Positions 49,441 through 60,810 of a stretch of DNA of 64,000 nt are shown piece after piece. The translations under genes were made by a program, and so were the position numbers. Below the pieces are notes generated by a model. That model worked only from the letters and a program-made list of their open reading frames with translations, ran no database searches and was not told the DNA's origin. Within the stretch, counting starts at the first letter, position 1. Each line of letters begins with the position of its first letter. The DNA is from Raillietiella orientalis (Eukaryota), in NCBI GenBank assembly GCA_036172245.1, contig JAYWIR010000006.1, positions 3,162,001 to 3,226,000 on the forward strand, given 5' to 3'.

Positions 49441-49980
49441 GAAAGCATTTTGTGACGCTGGCATTCGATGGCGGTGATGATCTTCGATTGCCAACACATC
49501 TCGATAGGACAGATAACCTCTTTTTGTATATATGCAAAAAAAAAAAAGTCTTGCCTTCGCTAAAAGACATCTACTTTTTTTTTTAAAAAAAAAAAAAGAA
49601 AAAAAAAAAAAAAAAAAAAGGAAAGAGGGAGAGAAGGAAAAAGTGACAGGCGAGGTGGGCGGAAAGGTTGGTGGGGCCCCAGCGCGAAGTCTCCTCCTGA
49701 ATCTGCCTTCTTTTTTTTTTTTTGTCCTCGCACGTGGGTGCGCGGTTTTCGAAGGCACCGCGGCCGGACCGCGAAAGGTGGTCGTGGTCGCTGCTGCTGC
49801 TGGTTGGCGCACGCCGCCCACGCTTCCTCCGGACACCGGCGGTGTCCGAAAACAGCATCACCTGGACCCGTTTCCTCCAGGGAAGCTCATCGGGAAACCG
49901 GGAACTTCGCGGAGGTGCGCCGCCCGGGCCCGCACCTCGCTCCCAAACACACGTTCCCGTTTTCTGGATTTCTCTGCTTG

Positions 49981-50000
49981 CGCGCGCGCGCGCGCGCGCG
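49981..50000. repeat. (CG)10 run
   Basis: Directly visible; shorter (CG)n runs near 45428 and 29105. Confidence 0.95.
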
Positions 50001-50599
50001 TTCTGTTGCGGGTCACGTGATCGCTTTTGTCGCAGCTACGCAGCGTGTGGCAGGCGGTCACGCAAGCGCGCTGTACACCTCGCGTGTCCACTGTCCTGTT
50101 GCTCGTCTCCCGAGGTCGCAGCACGGGCGGACGTTCGCTCGTTTCCCAAGTTGAGCACCGGCGCGCGCTTTCGAGGTGCGCAGGGTCCGGTCAGGCTGCT
50201 CGCGCGGAACACCGAAATGGACTCCTGCAGTCGTGACCTCTCCTCCTCGTTCCCTTTTGCGGGGGGGCTTGCAACAGGACCGTCCCCCTTCAATTCTGCC
50301 ACGAATTCAATCCCTCCGCCCCTCCCAAAACACACGCAAAAAAGGTGAACCCAGGTGATACAGCCAGAGGTGTACAGACAAAATTACGGAGACTTCGTTC
50401 CCGATCTTCAGTTGCTTGTGAGGAGCCTTGCATCCGCGACCGGTGACCCCTACCGTTGCGAACGCAACGCGGATGGATTTATTTATCTTCATTTTCTTTC
50501 TTTCCTTCATTCCTTTTTATTTATTTATTTATTTTTTTTTTAAAAAAAAAAAGGCACAGAGAGAGCGTTTCGCTCGGTGACACTCTTGTTGGTTGCTGA

Positions 50600-50910
50600 G
50601 CGTCTTAGTAAACACCGCGAGGTGATGTTTGGCGGCGGCTACGGAAGATAAAAGACCACTCCGCGGATGGTACGCTGAATGGGCGTGCAAAAAAAACATT
50701 TTTCCTGCGAGCAAGAAGTGCGCGGATGGCGTCCTTGTGGGACGAGATGACGCGCGCTTCCAGAATCAATTCTTCTCGTATTCGTGTTAAACGCTCGAAG
50801 GTTAATTTCTGGAGACCTTCCCGGCGGAAGGAAAAACCTTGAGTACTCTTCACGGGTTGGTCCAAACGCGAACTTCGAACCTCTGATGTTCGGCTCTCGG
50901 GTTCCGCTGA
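50600..50910 (-). mobile_element. Possible decayed tRNA-derived SINE
   Basis: Minus-strand AGAGGTTCGAAG B-box-like sequence (~50884-50873) followed by a SINE-like body; boundaries uncertain. Confidence 0.25.
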
Positions 50911-52049
50911 CTACGTAATTCTTGGATGCTCCTCGCGCGCTTTAATAGGAGGCCTCCTCTTCTCTCCACTTATCGCCGGGGATTCTGCGAGTCTGCCGAG
51001 GAGGAGCACTCGAAAATAAAAAGGATGCTTTCGCCGCGTCGGTTGGCGTGGCATCTCAGTGACCTGCCTCCGTTCCATTCGAAACGCGTGGTGGTGTCCG
51101 CCGCAGTCTTCCGCTCACCTCTCTCCGCGCACGCGTGCAGTTGGAGCGGGTTGCCTCGGAAACGGCGATGCGAAACGCCGCACCCTTGTCGTGTTTCCCG
51201 TTCCGCGCGGCCTTTGCTGTCCTCCGGTCGACCGGAATCTCCGTTGCGCCGTTCGACCGCGACCTCTCGGGGCGGCCTGGACGTCCCGTTGCTCTGCAAG
51301 CAGCAGCAGCCTGGAGTGGGTGTGTGGAGGGGGGCGGGCGCTTGCTTAACCCGCACTGCGGCAGCCTCCTTGGCAACGCTACTCCGGCCGAGAGGAGCTG
51401 CCTTGCTCCGGAGTCGGGTGCACGCTCGCGCCTCCACGTGGTTTCATTCATGCTTGCCGTGCTGTCCTGCGGCACCTCGGCGCGGTAGCCCCGAGCGGGG
51501 GCCGCCACGCAGGACACTTTTGCCCATCCAGTCTTTTCTCTGCTGCCGTGCGAATCATAAAAGGTTCCACGGCCCTATTTCGTGTGCATCTCCTCGAGTC
51601 ATTGGGCTCCTGTGGGTGCTGCACGTTCGCCTTCAAGACGAAAGCCAAAAAAAAAAAAAAATAAAATAAATAAATAAATAAAAACAAACAAACAAAAACG
51701 TGCTGTTGTTTTTTTTTCTGGTAGAGCGTATCCATTTTTTGCTCCTGCAAGGCACACACGTGCAACCGCTGGCTGTAAGGTGGTGCGATGGTGGCGTGCC
51801 CGCCTGGCTCAGGCGTTTCATTTCCGTGTTTGCGGACACGCGAGTTCCACCTGGTGGCGGTCCTGATGGGATGGGGGGTCCTGTGATATCCTTGGAAAAT
51901 TCTGTCCTCAATCGCACTGTTTTCTTTTTTCTTCCCAATGTATCCACTTTACATTATTTATTTATTTTTTAAATATACACGTGTGTGTGTGTGTGTGTGT
52001 GTGTTTGCAGGTTACTTTGGTTACGACCGCGAACACCCAGGCCTTAACA

Positions 52050-52400
52050 CTAGCGCGTAGCTCTTTTGCGTTGTGGTGTTTGGCGAGGGTGCGGTACGTA
52101 CGCGCGCTCGTGGTGGGCGCGGGACTGTGCATCGAACTGGGGGCAGGGGAGTCGCAGGATGCGCACGCGGGCGGTTTCGAATTCCGGCAGCATCGCATCC
52201 CCGGAGATCCGCGTCATCTTCCTCGAAGGACACCGGTTGCCAAGTGGCCTCGCGCGCAGGCAGCCGAGTGCGCCGCAAGTCGTCCATGGGGGGTTGCGGG
52301 TGGGGCGGAGGAGGAGGTGCTGCCGCTGCGGTCGTCCGGCCATTCGGGGGACGCAAGGGACCGATCTGAGTGAAGCGAAAACCCCGAGGAAGGGTGCGGC
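52050..52400 (-). mobile_element. Decayed gag-like (CCHC knuckle) ORF1 of a non-LTR element
   Basis: ACARGHLATG...RCCRNSKPPACASCDSPAPSSMHSPAPTTSARTY resembles C..GH.A..C...C....P.C.NC...H.....CP.Y of R1/Jockey/I ORF1. Confidence 0.4.
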
Positions 52401-55400
52401 GAGAAGCCCGCCTGGCGGTCGACCCTCTTCGGGGAGAGGGAGGGGGTTGCTGCGACCCCCTCCCCCCTTGCGGAAAGGTCCTTGCAGGCGTAGGGCGGGC
52501 GGGGGCGTCGTCAGGGTTCATCGTGTTGCCGGCGCAGGCCGGGGAACACCGCGCTCCCCATTTCACGAGCGCCGTGGGGTTATTTTTACACGTCCCTCGT
52601 TTCCCGAGGAGCCGAGCGGATGCCATCGATGGCGAATGTTGTGTACGCGCGCCTCCTCCTCGGTAAACATGCAATTATCCGGGATCACGGAATTTTCCTT
52701 CCAGCGAAGAGTAAGGGAGAGACTTTTCTCAGAGGTCAGTTTGATCGATACCTTGAAGGGTGCTCATTTTTTCACTGCGCGGGAAAATGGATCGTTCCTG
52801 GACAATGTTGGGCTGCTTTGGGTTTCCCTCTTCCCTCCTGGCTCACCAGGAAATCGGTCGGTCCAACACGTTGCGGCACCTCCTAGCTAACTGCTACTTC
52901 CCCTCCCCCCCCCCCCTTTTCCTCCCCTTCTCCCTTCCCTTCTTCCCCTTTCGGGGCCCCTGCCTTTGCTGCGCGTGGTCGTGGCTGCTCAGGTTTTCCT
53001 GCCGTGGGGTAGTAGGAGCTCGTGGACGCGCATCTTCGGGGTTCGCCTTTCGGGCGTTGGTGCGCAGTCAGGGGTCGGAACCCGGTGGTGCACGACCCCC
53101 TCAGGGCACTTGGTTTCACCTCCGGCTAACGCGCGGACCCGTTCGAGGAAGGAAGGGAGGGAGGAAGAACGGAGGGAGGTGAGGAACAGGAGGAGGAAGG
53201 GAAGTGAAGGAGGCGCAATCCTCTGAGGGACACTTGGCTCCCATTGACGCGCGGGGGATCCCTTTGAGCGAAGCGAAGGAATTTGATCCTCGCAGCATCC
53301 GAACGATCGCTGTGATGTAACTGCGAGATTCATTACCTCATCCGACTCGCGCGACACGAGCGCGGTTTTGATTTCTCTTCGCAGAAACTTCTTTGTGGTT
53401 TGAGAAGAAGGCACGTCGCCGAGGCACCGTTAGCGATACCGGTTGCCTTGGAAGCGCGACGTTTCATTCCGCCGCCGCGTGCGGCGGCGGGTGATCTCCG
53501 TTTCCCGAGCACCCCCAGCGTTTCGCCTCCCTTCCGGTTCGAGGGGCTTCCAAGGGAACGCAGCGTCCTCTCATCCCCGGCGGCTGCTGCCTGTGGCCAC
53601 CGAGCAACCAGAAGCAGCCGCTGCTCCCCGAGCGTTTCGGCTTTTCGTGCGAAGCTTCGAACGCGGGAACGGTGTCGGGGTGTTTGACGGTGCACCCGCC
53701 TCCTCCTGCTGCATCTCTCCCTTTTCAAAGGCTCCTCTCCCCACGGAACTCTCCCTTTTCATTCTTGTCTTTCACGTGCTTCATTCATGTTCGTAGCGGA
53801 CGCTGCTGTGGTGCGGTCTCCGCGGAAGAAACTTCGTTTCCCGCAAAGTTTCACACTGCCTTCACCAAGGTCGCGCCATCTATTTTTGCGGGTGCCTTCC
53901 ACCCGCGCGCGCTTTCTTCGCCTCCGTCTGCGCGTTTTTATTTTTGCTTTTGTTTTTTTCTGGGGGGGGGGGGGGGGGGGGGAAGGAAGGCAAAAAAAAA
54001 AAAGAGGAAGCGAAAGAAGAAAAAAAAAAAAAAGGGGGGGGGGACAGGGTATCTGTTTCGAAACAAAGAGCTCGCGTTCACATGGAAACGTCCGGGTTCG
54101 CTGCACCATAATCTTCCCGTGCTTCGAATGTTTAACCTGGTGAGGAATGGCACACAAGCAGAACCCCGTTTCCTAGGTGACGAACGCTTTTCGGATCTGT
54201 TTCGCTTCCACGGCGCCCCCGAGAGTGCGTGCGGAAGTCGTGCGCAGCTCTTGCACGCGCAGACGTCGCCGTGCGCGCGCGTGGGTCGCCGCCGCGGCTG
54301 CGTTTCTTGGAGGCGCTCTTCGCGGCTCCGCGCGGACGGCCCACGCAGTCGCGCGCCCTCGCCGCAACAGGGCGGATGTTTTGGTGCGCGCCGGTTTCCG
54401 CGGAAGCGGCATACTTGCGCGTCGAAGAGGGGGGGAGGGGGAGGGGGGGAACGCCTGTGATTCAGGAAGGGCGCGAGGGGGGGGGGAGAGAGAGAGAGAG
54501 AGAACGGGTTTTATTTAGGTTCCGCGCGCTCCCGGAACGGGGTGGCGCGCGCGTGCGTTCGCCTCGCGCCTTTTGCCTTCCTTCCCCGGCGGTCGCGCGT
54601 AAAAACAGCGAGGGTCCCCCGCGCCTGGCGATACGGAAAGCGAAGGAAGCGGGCGAGGGCTCGCGCTGGACCGAGGCCGCCAACGCCCTCCGTTCGGCGC
54701 GGCCGCGGAAAACAACGAGCGCGCCGTCGCCCGGTCACATCCCATCCGCTCCAGACAGCTGCATCTCGGGTGCATCCTATTTCCGCCGCAAGGTACGGGC
54801 CGGGGGACGGAGTTGGCCTCCTCGGTGCGCCCGCCCGTCCTCTGCCGACCGGCAAGTGGCGGCGAGGGTCTCGCGCGCCTGCGCCCTCGTGGCCGCGCGA
54901 AGACGCCTTCCGTCCCTTCCCTAAGCCGCCGCCGCCGCGTGCGGAAGGGGGGATGGTCCTTCCCCCCCCCCCCTCTTCTTCCGCTCGGGGTTCTCCTGCC
55001 TCCGTCCGTCCCAAGGCGGCTTCTTGTCCAAGCCGTGGTCAGCTGGGCACGCCGCGCGAAAGGAGGTCACCGGCTTGTTTTCCGCAGTGCGCGCCTTCTG
55101 TGGCTTCGGAACGTTCGCATTCCTTCCGTCTCTTCCTCCTCCTCCTCCTTTCTTTCTTTGTTTCCTTCTTTCCCCTCGAGTGCATGCAGGAGGCAGGGGG
55201 GGATCCACGGGAGGACAGGTCGAGAAGCGTGTTGCTGCCTGCAAATGGGGATGCACTCCAAGGTACATCGCGGTGACTTTACTCAAACTTGAGAAAGTTG
55301 CGGGACGGAAAAGGTCAACCCTTCCCCTTCCGTTCTTCCTGTTGTTGATTTCCTCTCGGCAGGTTGGACAGCGCGCGCTCACAAACTGCCCAACGTCGGG

Positions 55401-56160
55401 GCTTCCGTTGTCCTCGCGCGTCATCGCTCCGCCCGGTTCTCTTCTTTCTGCATTCGAATTCCGTTCTTTGACGCGCAAGCAGGAAAGTGACCCCCCTCCC
55501 CCCGGAAGCGGAAGGTCGCGGAGAATGTGTGCGCGCGCGCGCAGCTGGCACCGCCGCTCTCCTTCCGAGGGGGTTGTATTTTTCGCCGTTCCCCCTCCCC
55601 TTCCGCACAGCTCCTTTCCTCGACTTGCGGGTTTCCTGGCGGCCTCCTTCCGCGGCGCGACCCGGTGTCCGGTTCTTGCGGCTCGGAGGAACGGTGATGA
55701 TGGTGATGCAGAGCGGGCGGGGTCGGTTTCGGAGGGAACGATTTTGGCTCAGGCCTACGCCCCTTGCACGCCGCACGGATTTCTTCTTCCGCGGGTTTCC
55801 TTCTTTGTCTCTTGGCTTGGTTGACCCGGGCGCCATCGGCGGTAGCGAGGGTGGCGAATTCCGGACGGGGAGCGCGCCGGCGCTCCTAGAAATCGTCCCG
55901 GATTGATTCCCTTTCCTCTCTCCTGCGGAGGACGCGTGACCACGTGGTTTCCTTCTTGTTTTGGGTCCGTTCCGGCGAACCGGTTGCGTCAGCACTTTCT
56001 TCTTCGCCTTCCTTTCACCTCGTCGTGTCCCTTCTCCCTGCGGTTCGAAACGCAGCTCCCGGCGGAGGCACGGAGGATTCCGCGTTCCCCTTCTCCTTGT
56101 CCTCCACGCGGAAACCTCAGGGCGGCGCAGCCCCAGCAGTCCGCGGACCTCGGAAGGGGG

Positions 56161-56910
56161 GGGAGTCAGTGACTTCAGTGTTGGCAGCCTTCGGGTCTCC
56201 GTGCACGGCACCTGACATCGCGGGTTCGAATCCCGCCCGGGGAGGGAAGGATCGACGCCGACAATGCGGGGTGCGTCGCGGGTTTCCAGTTCCCCCGCGA
56301 GATGACGCTGGTCGGCTTGAGGGCTCCGGGTGCGGGGCTGCTGGTGGAAGCCTCATCTCCCCGTTCACTGGCTGGGATTGGGCGTTGACTTTCCCCGGGA
56401 TCCTTCCAGGAATCAACCCTTCGGGGTTCCACTGCGGTTGTGAAAAGGTAGCCGTCTCTACGCAACGGGGAGAGACCCTCCATCGCGTAGCATCGAGCCG
56501 GTTGATGCCCCCTTCGGGGGGTTGCCAGAGCTGTTCCTTTCGGCAATGATCCCCTCAGAGAAAATCGGGAAGCATCCCTTCCGAGTTCTCTCCAAAGGAT
56601 GTGGCAAGGAGCGGTTCCCTTTCGGGTTCTCTCCGGAGAAGAAACAAGAAGCGCCCCCTACAAACCGGGGGTCCTTCGGTGGGGGGGAGAGAATGAGGGA
56701 GAGGTTCCCTTCGGAGGCCAACCAAGGCGAGGATTCCCTTCGGAGGGTCCCCTGCCAAACGTAAGAGAGGAACGAACTCCTCCTTCCAGAGCCTTCCTGG
56801 ATTCGTAGGGTGGCCTCTCCGGGGTTTTGCCCCCTATAACTCGAAGGGTCACGCGCACCCTCGGGCGGCGTGGACAATGTCAAAGAGCTTCATGACCCCT
56901 CCTCCCTGAG
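56161..56910 (+). mobile_element. ~0.7-kb tRNA-headed SINE-like element, copy B
   Basis: Intact B-box GGTTCGAATCC 56223-56233, A-box-like TGACTTCAGTGTTGG upstream; colinear with copy A at 44250-44890. Confidence 0.8.
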
Positions 56911-58029
56911 GCGGACGGTTCTTCGACACTTCGCGAACCCCCTCCCCCCCTTCTTCAAAAAAAAAAAAAAAAAAAGACAGCCGGAAGGAAAGGAGGATCC
57001 AGAAGGACCTCCTCGGATGCTGCTCTGCTCCCGGACGGCGAACTTCACTCCTCGGTCGATTCCCGGGGGGATATCTTTTCGCGACACCCTGGAACGGCTC
57101 GCGCCGTCCGCGCGCGCGTTACGCGCTGCCAGACGTTTCCAACGGCCCCTGGTCAGTACTGACCGTTACGTTTACTGCGTCTCCGTCACCACCGTGTGCG
57201 AATCGGTCGCAGATTTCTTCTTTTATTTTTTTACGTCCTCGCGGTCCTCTGGAATGCACGAAAGGGGTTTTGCGCAAGATTTACGGCTCGGAACGAAATG
57301 TGACGTAATGCGCTCGCTTATTGCAACAAAACATCTGGCCATTTCGAGATGCGCGCGGAGATAATTGTCCGCCCCGTGTCGGCTCGGAGCATGCGGAGCT
57401 TTCCGTATCCGAGCAACGTTGTATCACTGCTCCCGATCGTGAAACGGAGCACGCAGCAAACCCACGCCGAATGCAAGTGCGTCGAAGACGTCGGAAGCGA
57501 AGAAGATGCTCTCCGATCCGCTTCTGCCACCTGAAATGGAAACCACACACGCGCACACACGCACGTACACACACGGAACGCAGTGGCTACAAGCGTTAGT
57601 TTGACACACGCATTTCTTCGCGCCGGAGCATCGCGCCCATCTCTTTTTCATTTTTTTTAAAAAGGAAAGAAAAGGAAAAAAGAAAAATCTGCACGTAGAA
57701 GTTTCGGCAGGGGGGGGGGGGGGAATCGAGCCCTCGCTGTGTGGCTCGCTGTTGCAGCGGCGGCTTCGTCTCTTGGCAACGAGATTCATGACGGTGATGC
57801 GCTCAGCGGTAGCGGTCGCTGGTTCGGTCCGGCATGCCGTCGAGAGATTCCCCGAGCGTGCGTTTCCGTGCGAACGTCGGACGGAGGGAGTGGCGGTTCC
57901 GCGGCATGCTCCTTAGGTACGGAGTCTCATCATTCGCTGGACCACTTCGCGGACACGGGGGCACGCGTTTCTGCCAGCCAGCGCGCGTTTCGGCGGGGAT
58001 TCCCGTACGGCCGGCGCGCGCGCGCTCGC

Positions 58030-58043
58030 GTTTCCATGGAGAC
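58030..58043. promoter_or_regulatory. Consensus RFX X-box
   Basis: GTTTCCATGGAGAC (reverse GTCTCCATGGAAAC fits GTHNYY-AT-RRNAAC). Confidence 0.5.
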
Positions 58044-60671
58044 CCCCCCCTCCCTCTCTCTCCTCCCCTCCGTTGTGGTAGCCGGGTGGGTAACGCCTCG
58101 TGAAGGGAAGGCATGGCGTTCTCGACGGGGTTAACGTGGTTATCCTGATTCACGCTGATCTAGAAAAGAAAAGAAAAGAAGAAGAAGAAGAAAAGAAAAA
58201 CGTGGCATTCAATAAAGCGGGGTTCATTATGAACCATTACATCCGGTTGCTTGCTCACACCGCTCTTGCTAATCAGAGCTGCAGGGATGGATGCATCTGT
58301 GATTTTCTTTCTGTTTTTTTTTTTTTTTTTTTTTTCCGATTCGTGCGGTTTTCGCTCCCGCGTGTGCGGAACGCCCGCGCCTCTTCGCGTGCGACCAACA
58401 GGCTTTGCGGCTGTTTCCGCGAATGCAGTACTACGCGCCTTGAGGAACGCGAGGTTGCCGCGGGGGACGCGGCCCAGCTGCCGGTGCGTCCTCCTCCGTG
58501 CGCGCGGTTTCGCAGTCCCCGGCTGGACGCCGCATCCCGAACCCTCGTCTCCCCGGCGCCCCGCGGGCGGTGTCCGCGGACACCCGTCGTTCCTCTGCTG
58601 TTTCCTCCGCTCGCCTGCTTCCGTCAGCAATCCATCATTTCCGGAAGCGGGGACCTCCTGGCACCGGATGGGGGACCCTCCTGGGAGACCCCGGGCGCTT
58701 TGGGTCTCTTCCACCGAGCCGGTGCGCGCGCGCGAGCTCCGCGGGGAGCTTTTCCCTCCGCCGCGGTCCGGGATGTGGAGCAAACTTCTGTTCCATCCCC
58801 GGCGGTGCTTTCTGGGCGACAGCGGCCACCGCCGCCGGACTCCCGGCTCTCGTGGGCCTCGTGTCTTCAGGTGCTACATCCGTGTGCACACCGCGCCCCT
58901 TCTCCGGCTTGTCGTGCGGGGCCCGAAGGAACCTTTTCCCGCGCGTCCTCGATTTTCATCCGATTCGATTCGGGAGGGGGGGGGGGGAGAGAGGGGGTTG
59001 GAGGAAGGAAGAGAAAGCACGGGAAAGAGAGGTGGAGGAGGCGAGTCTTCGCGCCCGAGACCGCGCGGGTAATGGATTAACAGTGGGAACGCAAGGCGGA
59101 GGATGCTGGCGGAGGATGGCTGCCGGCCGGGGGGACGTTCCGGCTGTAAATTTCTGCCCCAGTCATCGAATATGAAATTAAAACGAAAACTTCTGGATTC
59201 CTCGAAATTCAAAACAAATAGGACGGCCGTGTAGCCGCGCTCCTTCGCAGTGTCCAATATTTACGGGAATGATCTATTGGACGTTTAAGAGGAGCGAAAT
59301 TACCGTCCAGGACCCCATAGTTCACGCCTCGGCGACGTCGACGTCGTATGAAATGAAATTCCTATAAACAAATTTTCTCGAGAGCGGATCTTTATCACCT
59401 CGGATTATAACTTTTGTTTCCTGCATACGGATGGACCCGCGCGCGCCCTCGGCTCCGCAGTCCCTCCCTCTCTCGCGAGCGTTTCTTCCCGGCGCTCCCC
59501 TCGTCCTGCTCGTGCCCTCCGCCGTCGTGGTCGCCAGCGAGGTCTCGGCGTTCCGATCTTTCTTCCTTGCCCCTGTTCGAAGACAAAACAGCAGTCTCCG
59601 GAAATCATCATCATCATCATCATTAGCTGCGGGGGGTGGGAGGTAGGAGGATGATGATGATAAGAAGAAAGCACGTCTCAGAGGTGCCCGGCGCGAACCT
59701 CCCGCATTCTGCCGGGATACGCAGGTCGGCGCGGACGAAACGACGAGGGAGGGAATTCTTTTCCAAGTGGGATAATGCGTCCTGCCGCGCGCAGTGTTTG
59801 GGGATCCCGACCGGGTCGGGGGAGGGAGGGGAGGAACCTTCCCGTTAACTTCGGAGGACGCAGCCGATAGTGCAGTGAAGTGCGCAAGAAGTTCCGCAGG
59901 GGCGCCCGTCGCGCGCTGCTTTTCAACCTTCCCGAGTGCACCTCCTCGGCTGGCACGGGGACTCCCTGTGCAGCGGCGTCCCGACGCGTGTTTTCCTGCG
60001 AATGTTGACGCCAGCGCTGTTGCAGGTGAAGTAAATGAATAATTCTGTTCCTGGAATGCAATGTCATTTGCATCGAAGAATCATTTCCTGTGTGCTGAGC
60101 GAACACTTGGCGGCGCAGTCAGCGCGGCAGCAACCTGCGCTCGAAGCGGTGGTGACCTTGTAAATTCCGCTGCGATCCGCGGCGCCAGAATTACCAGAGG
60201 CGGAAGAGGAAAGACGACGTGACCGCCTGCGGCGCTGGGGCGGGGGTGCGGCGGACCCTCTCTCGTTTCGCGCGGCGAGTCGGCCAGCGTGGTACTTCGG
60301 CGGCAGGCGTGGGGAGCACGGGGATGGGGAAGGTTGCTGGGAGCCGAATGACGGCCGGGAACGCAGAGGAGGAGGTTCGACTTCTCCTTCTGCGCGCACG
60401 GGGGGTCACTTCGACCCGGGCTGAGCCATCACCGCGTGAGCGCACCCGCGCTCGTGACCCAGGAAACGAGCGCGCCTTCCGATGCAGAACCGAGTCCGTT
60501 TTGCGCCGGCCAGGTCGTAGCATACGGTACACTAACATTCACCTTGGATTCATATCTGATTGTACAGTACCGCGGTGACGTGACCTTCATGCACATCATC
60601 AACCGCACTCGACTTAGTCATCATTTCGTACACAACGTATACATCACCTCTTCGAAAGGGAAGGCAAAGAG

Positions 60672-60810
60672 TGTTTCCACGTACCAGCACGTTCGTGGAA
60701 GATGTTTCACAGAAGGAACACCATCGTAAGAGGTGTTTTCACGTACGAACGTGATCTTGGGAGGTGTTTCATAGCATGGAGACGATCGTGGGTGGTGTTT
60801 CATCGCACGA
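60672..60810. repeat. Degenerate 31-bp-period minisatellite, ~4.5 units
   Basis: TGTTT(T)C begins at 60672, 60703, 60734, 60765 and 60796 (exact 31-nt spacing); a second semi-conserved block ATCGT..GAGG precedes it. Confidence 0.85.

Noticed and set aside
53962..53982. G21 and other long homopolymers as functional G-quadruplex elements
   Set aside because: Such runs occur throughout the window and their lengths are error-prone in assemblies; nothing locus-specific.
56161..56240. tRNA gene
   Set aside because: The B-box/T-arm is good, but no acceptor or anticodon stems were found and it runs into a 0.7-kb repeat shared with 44250-44890.
58060..58161. Minus-strand coding exon after strong acceptor ttttcttttctag|ATCAGC
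   Set aside because: The pyrimidine tract is a simple repeat, there is no good donor, and the peptide is unrecognisable.
60672..60810. CRISPR-like array
   Set aside because: The conserved part is only ~6-12 nt, the interiors are related to each other, the context is eukaryotic, and there are no cas genes.
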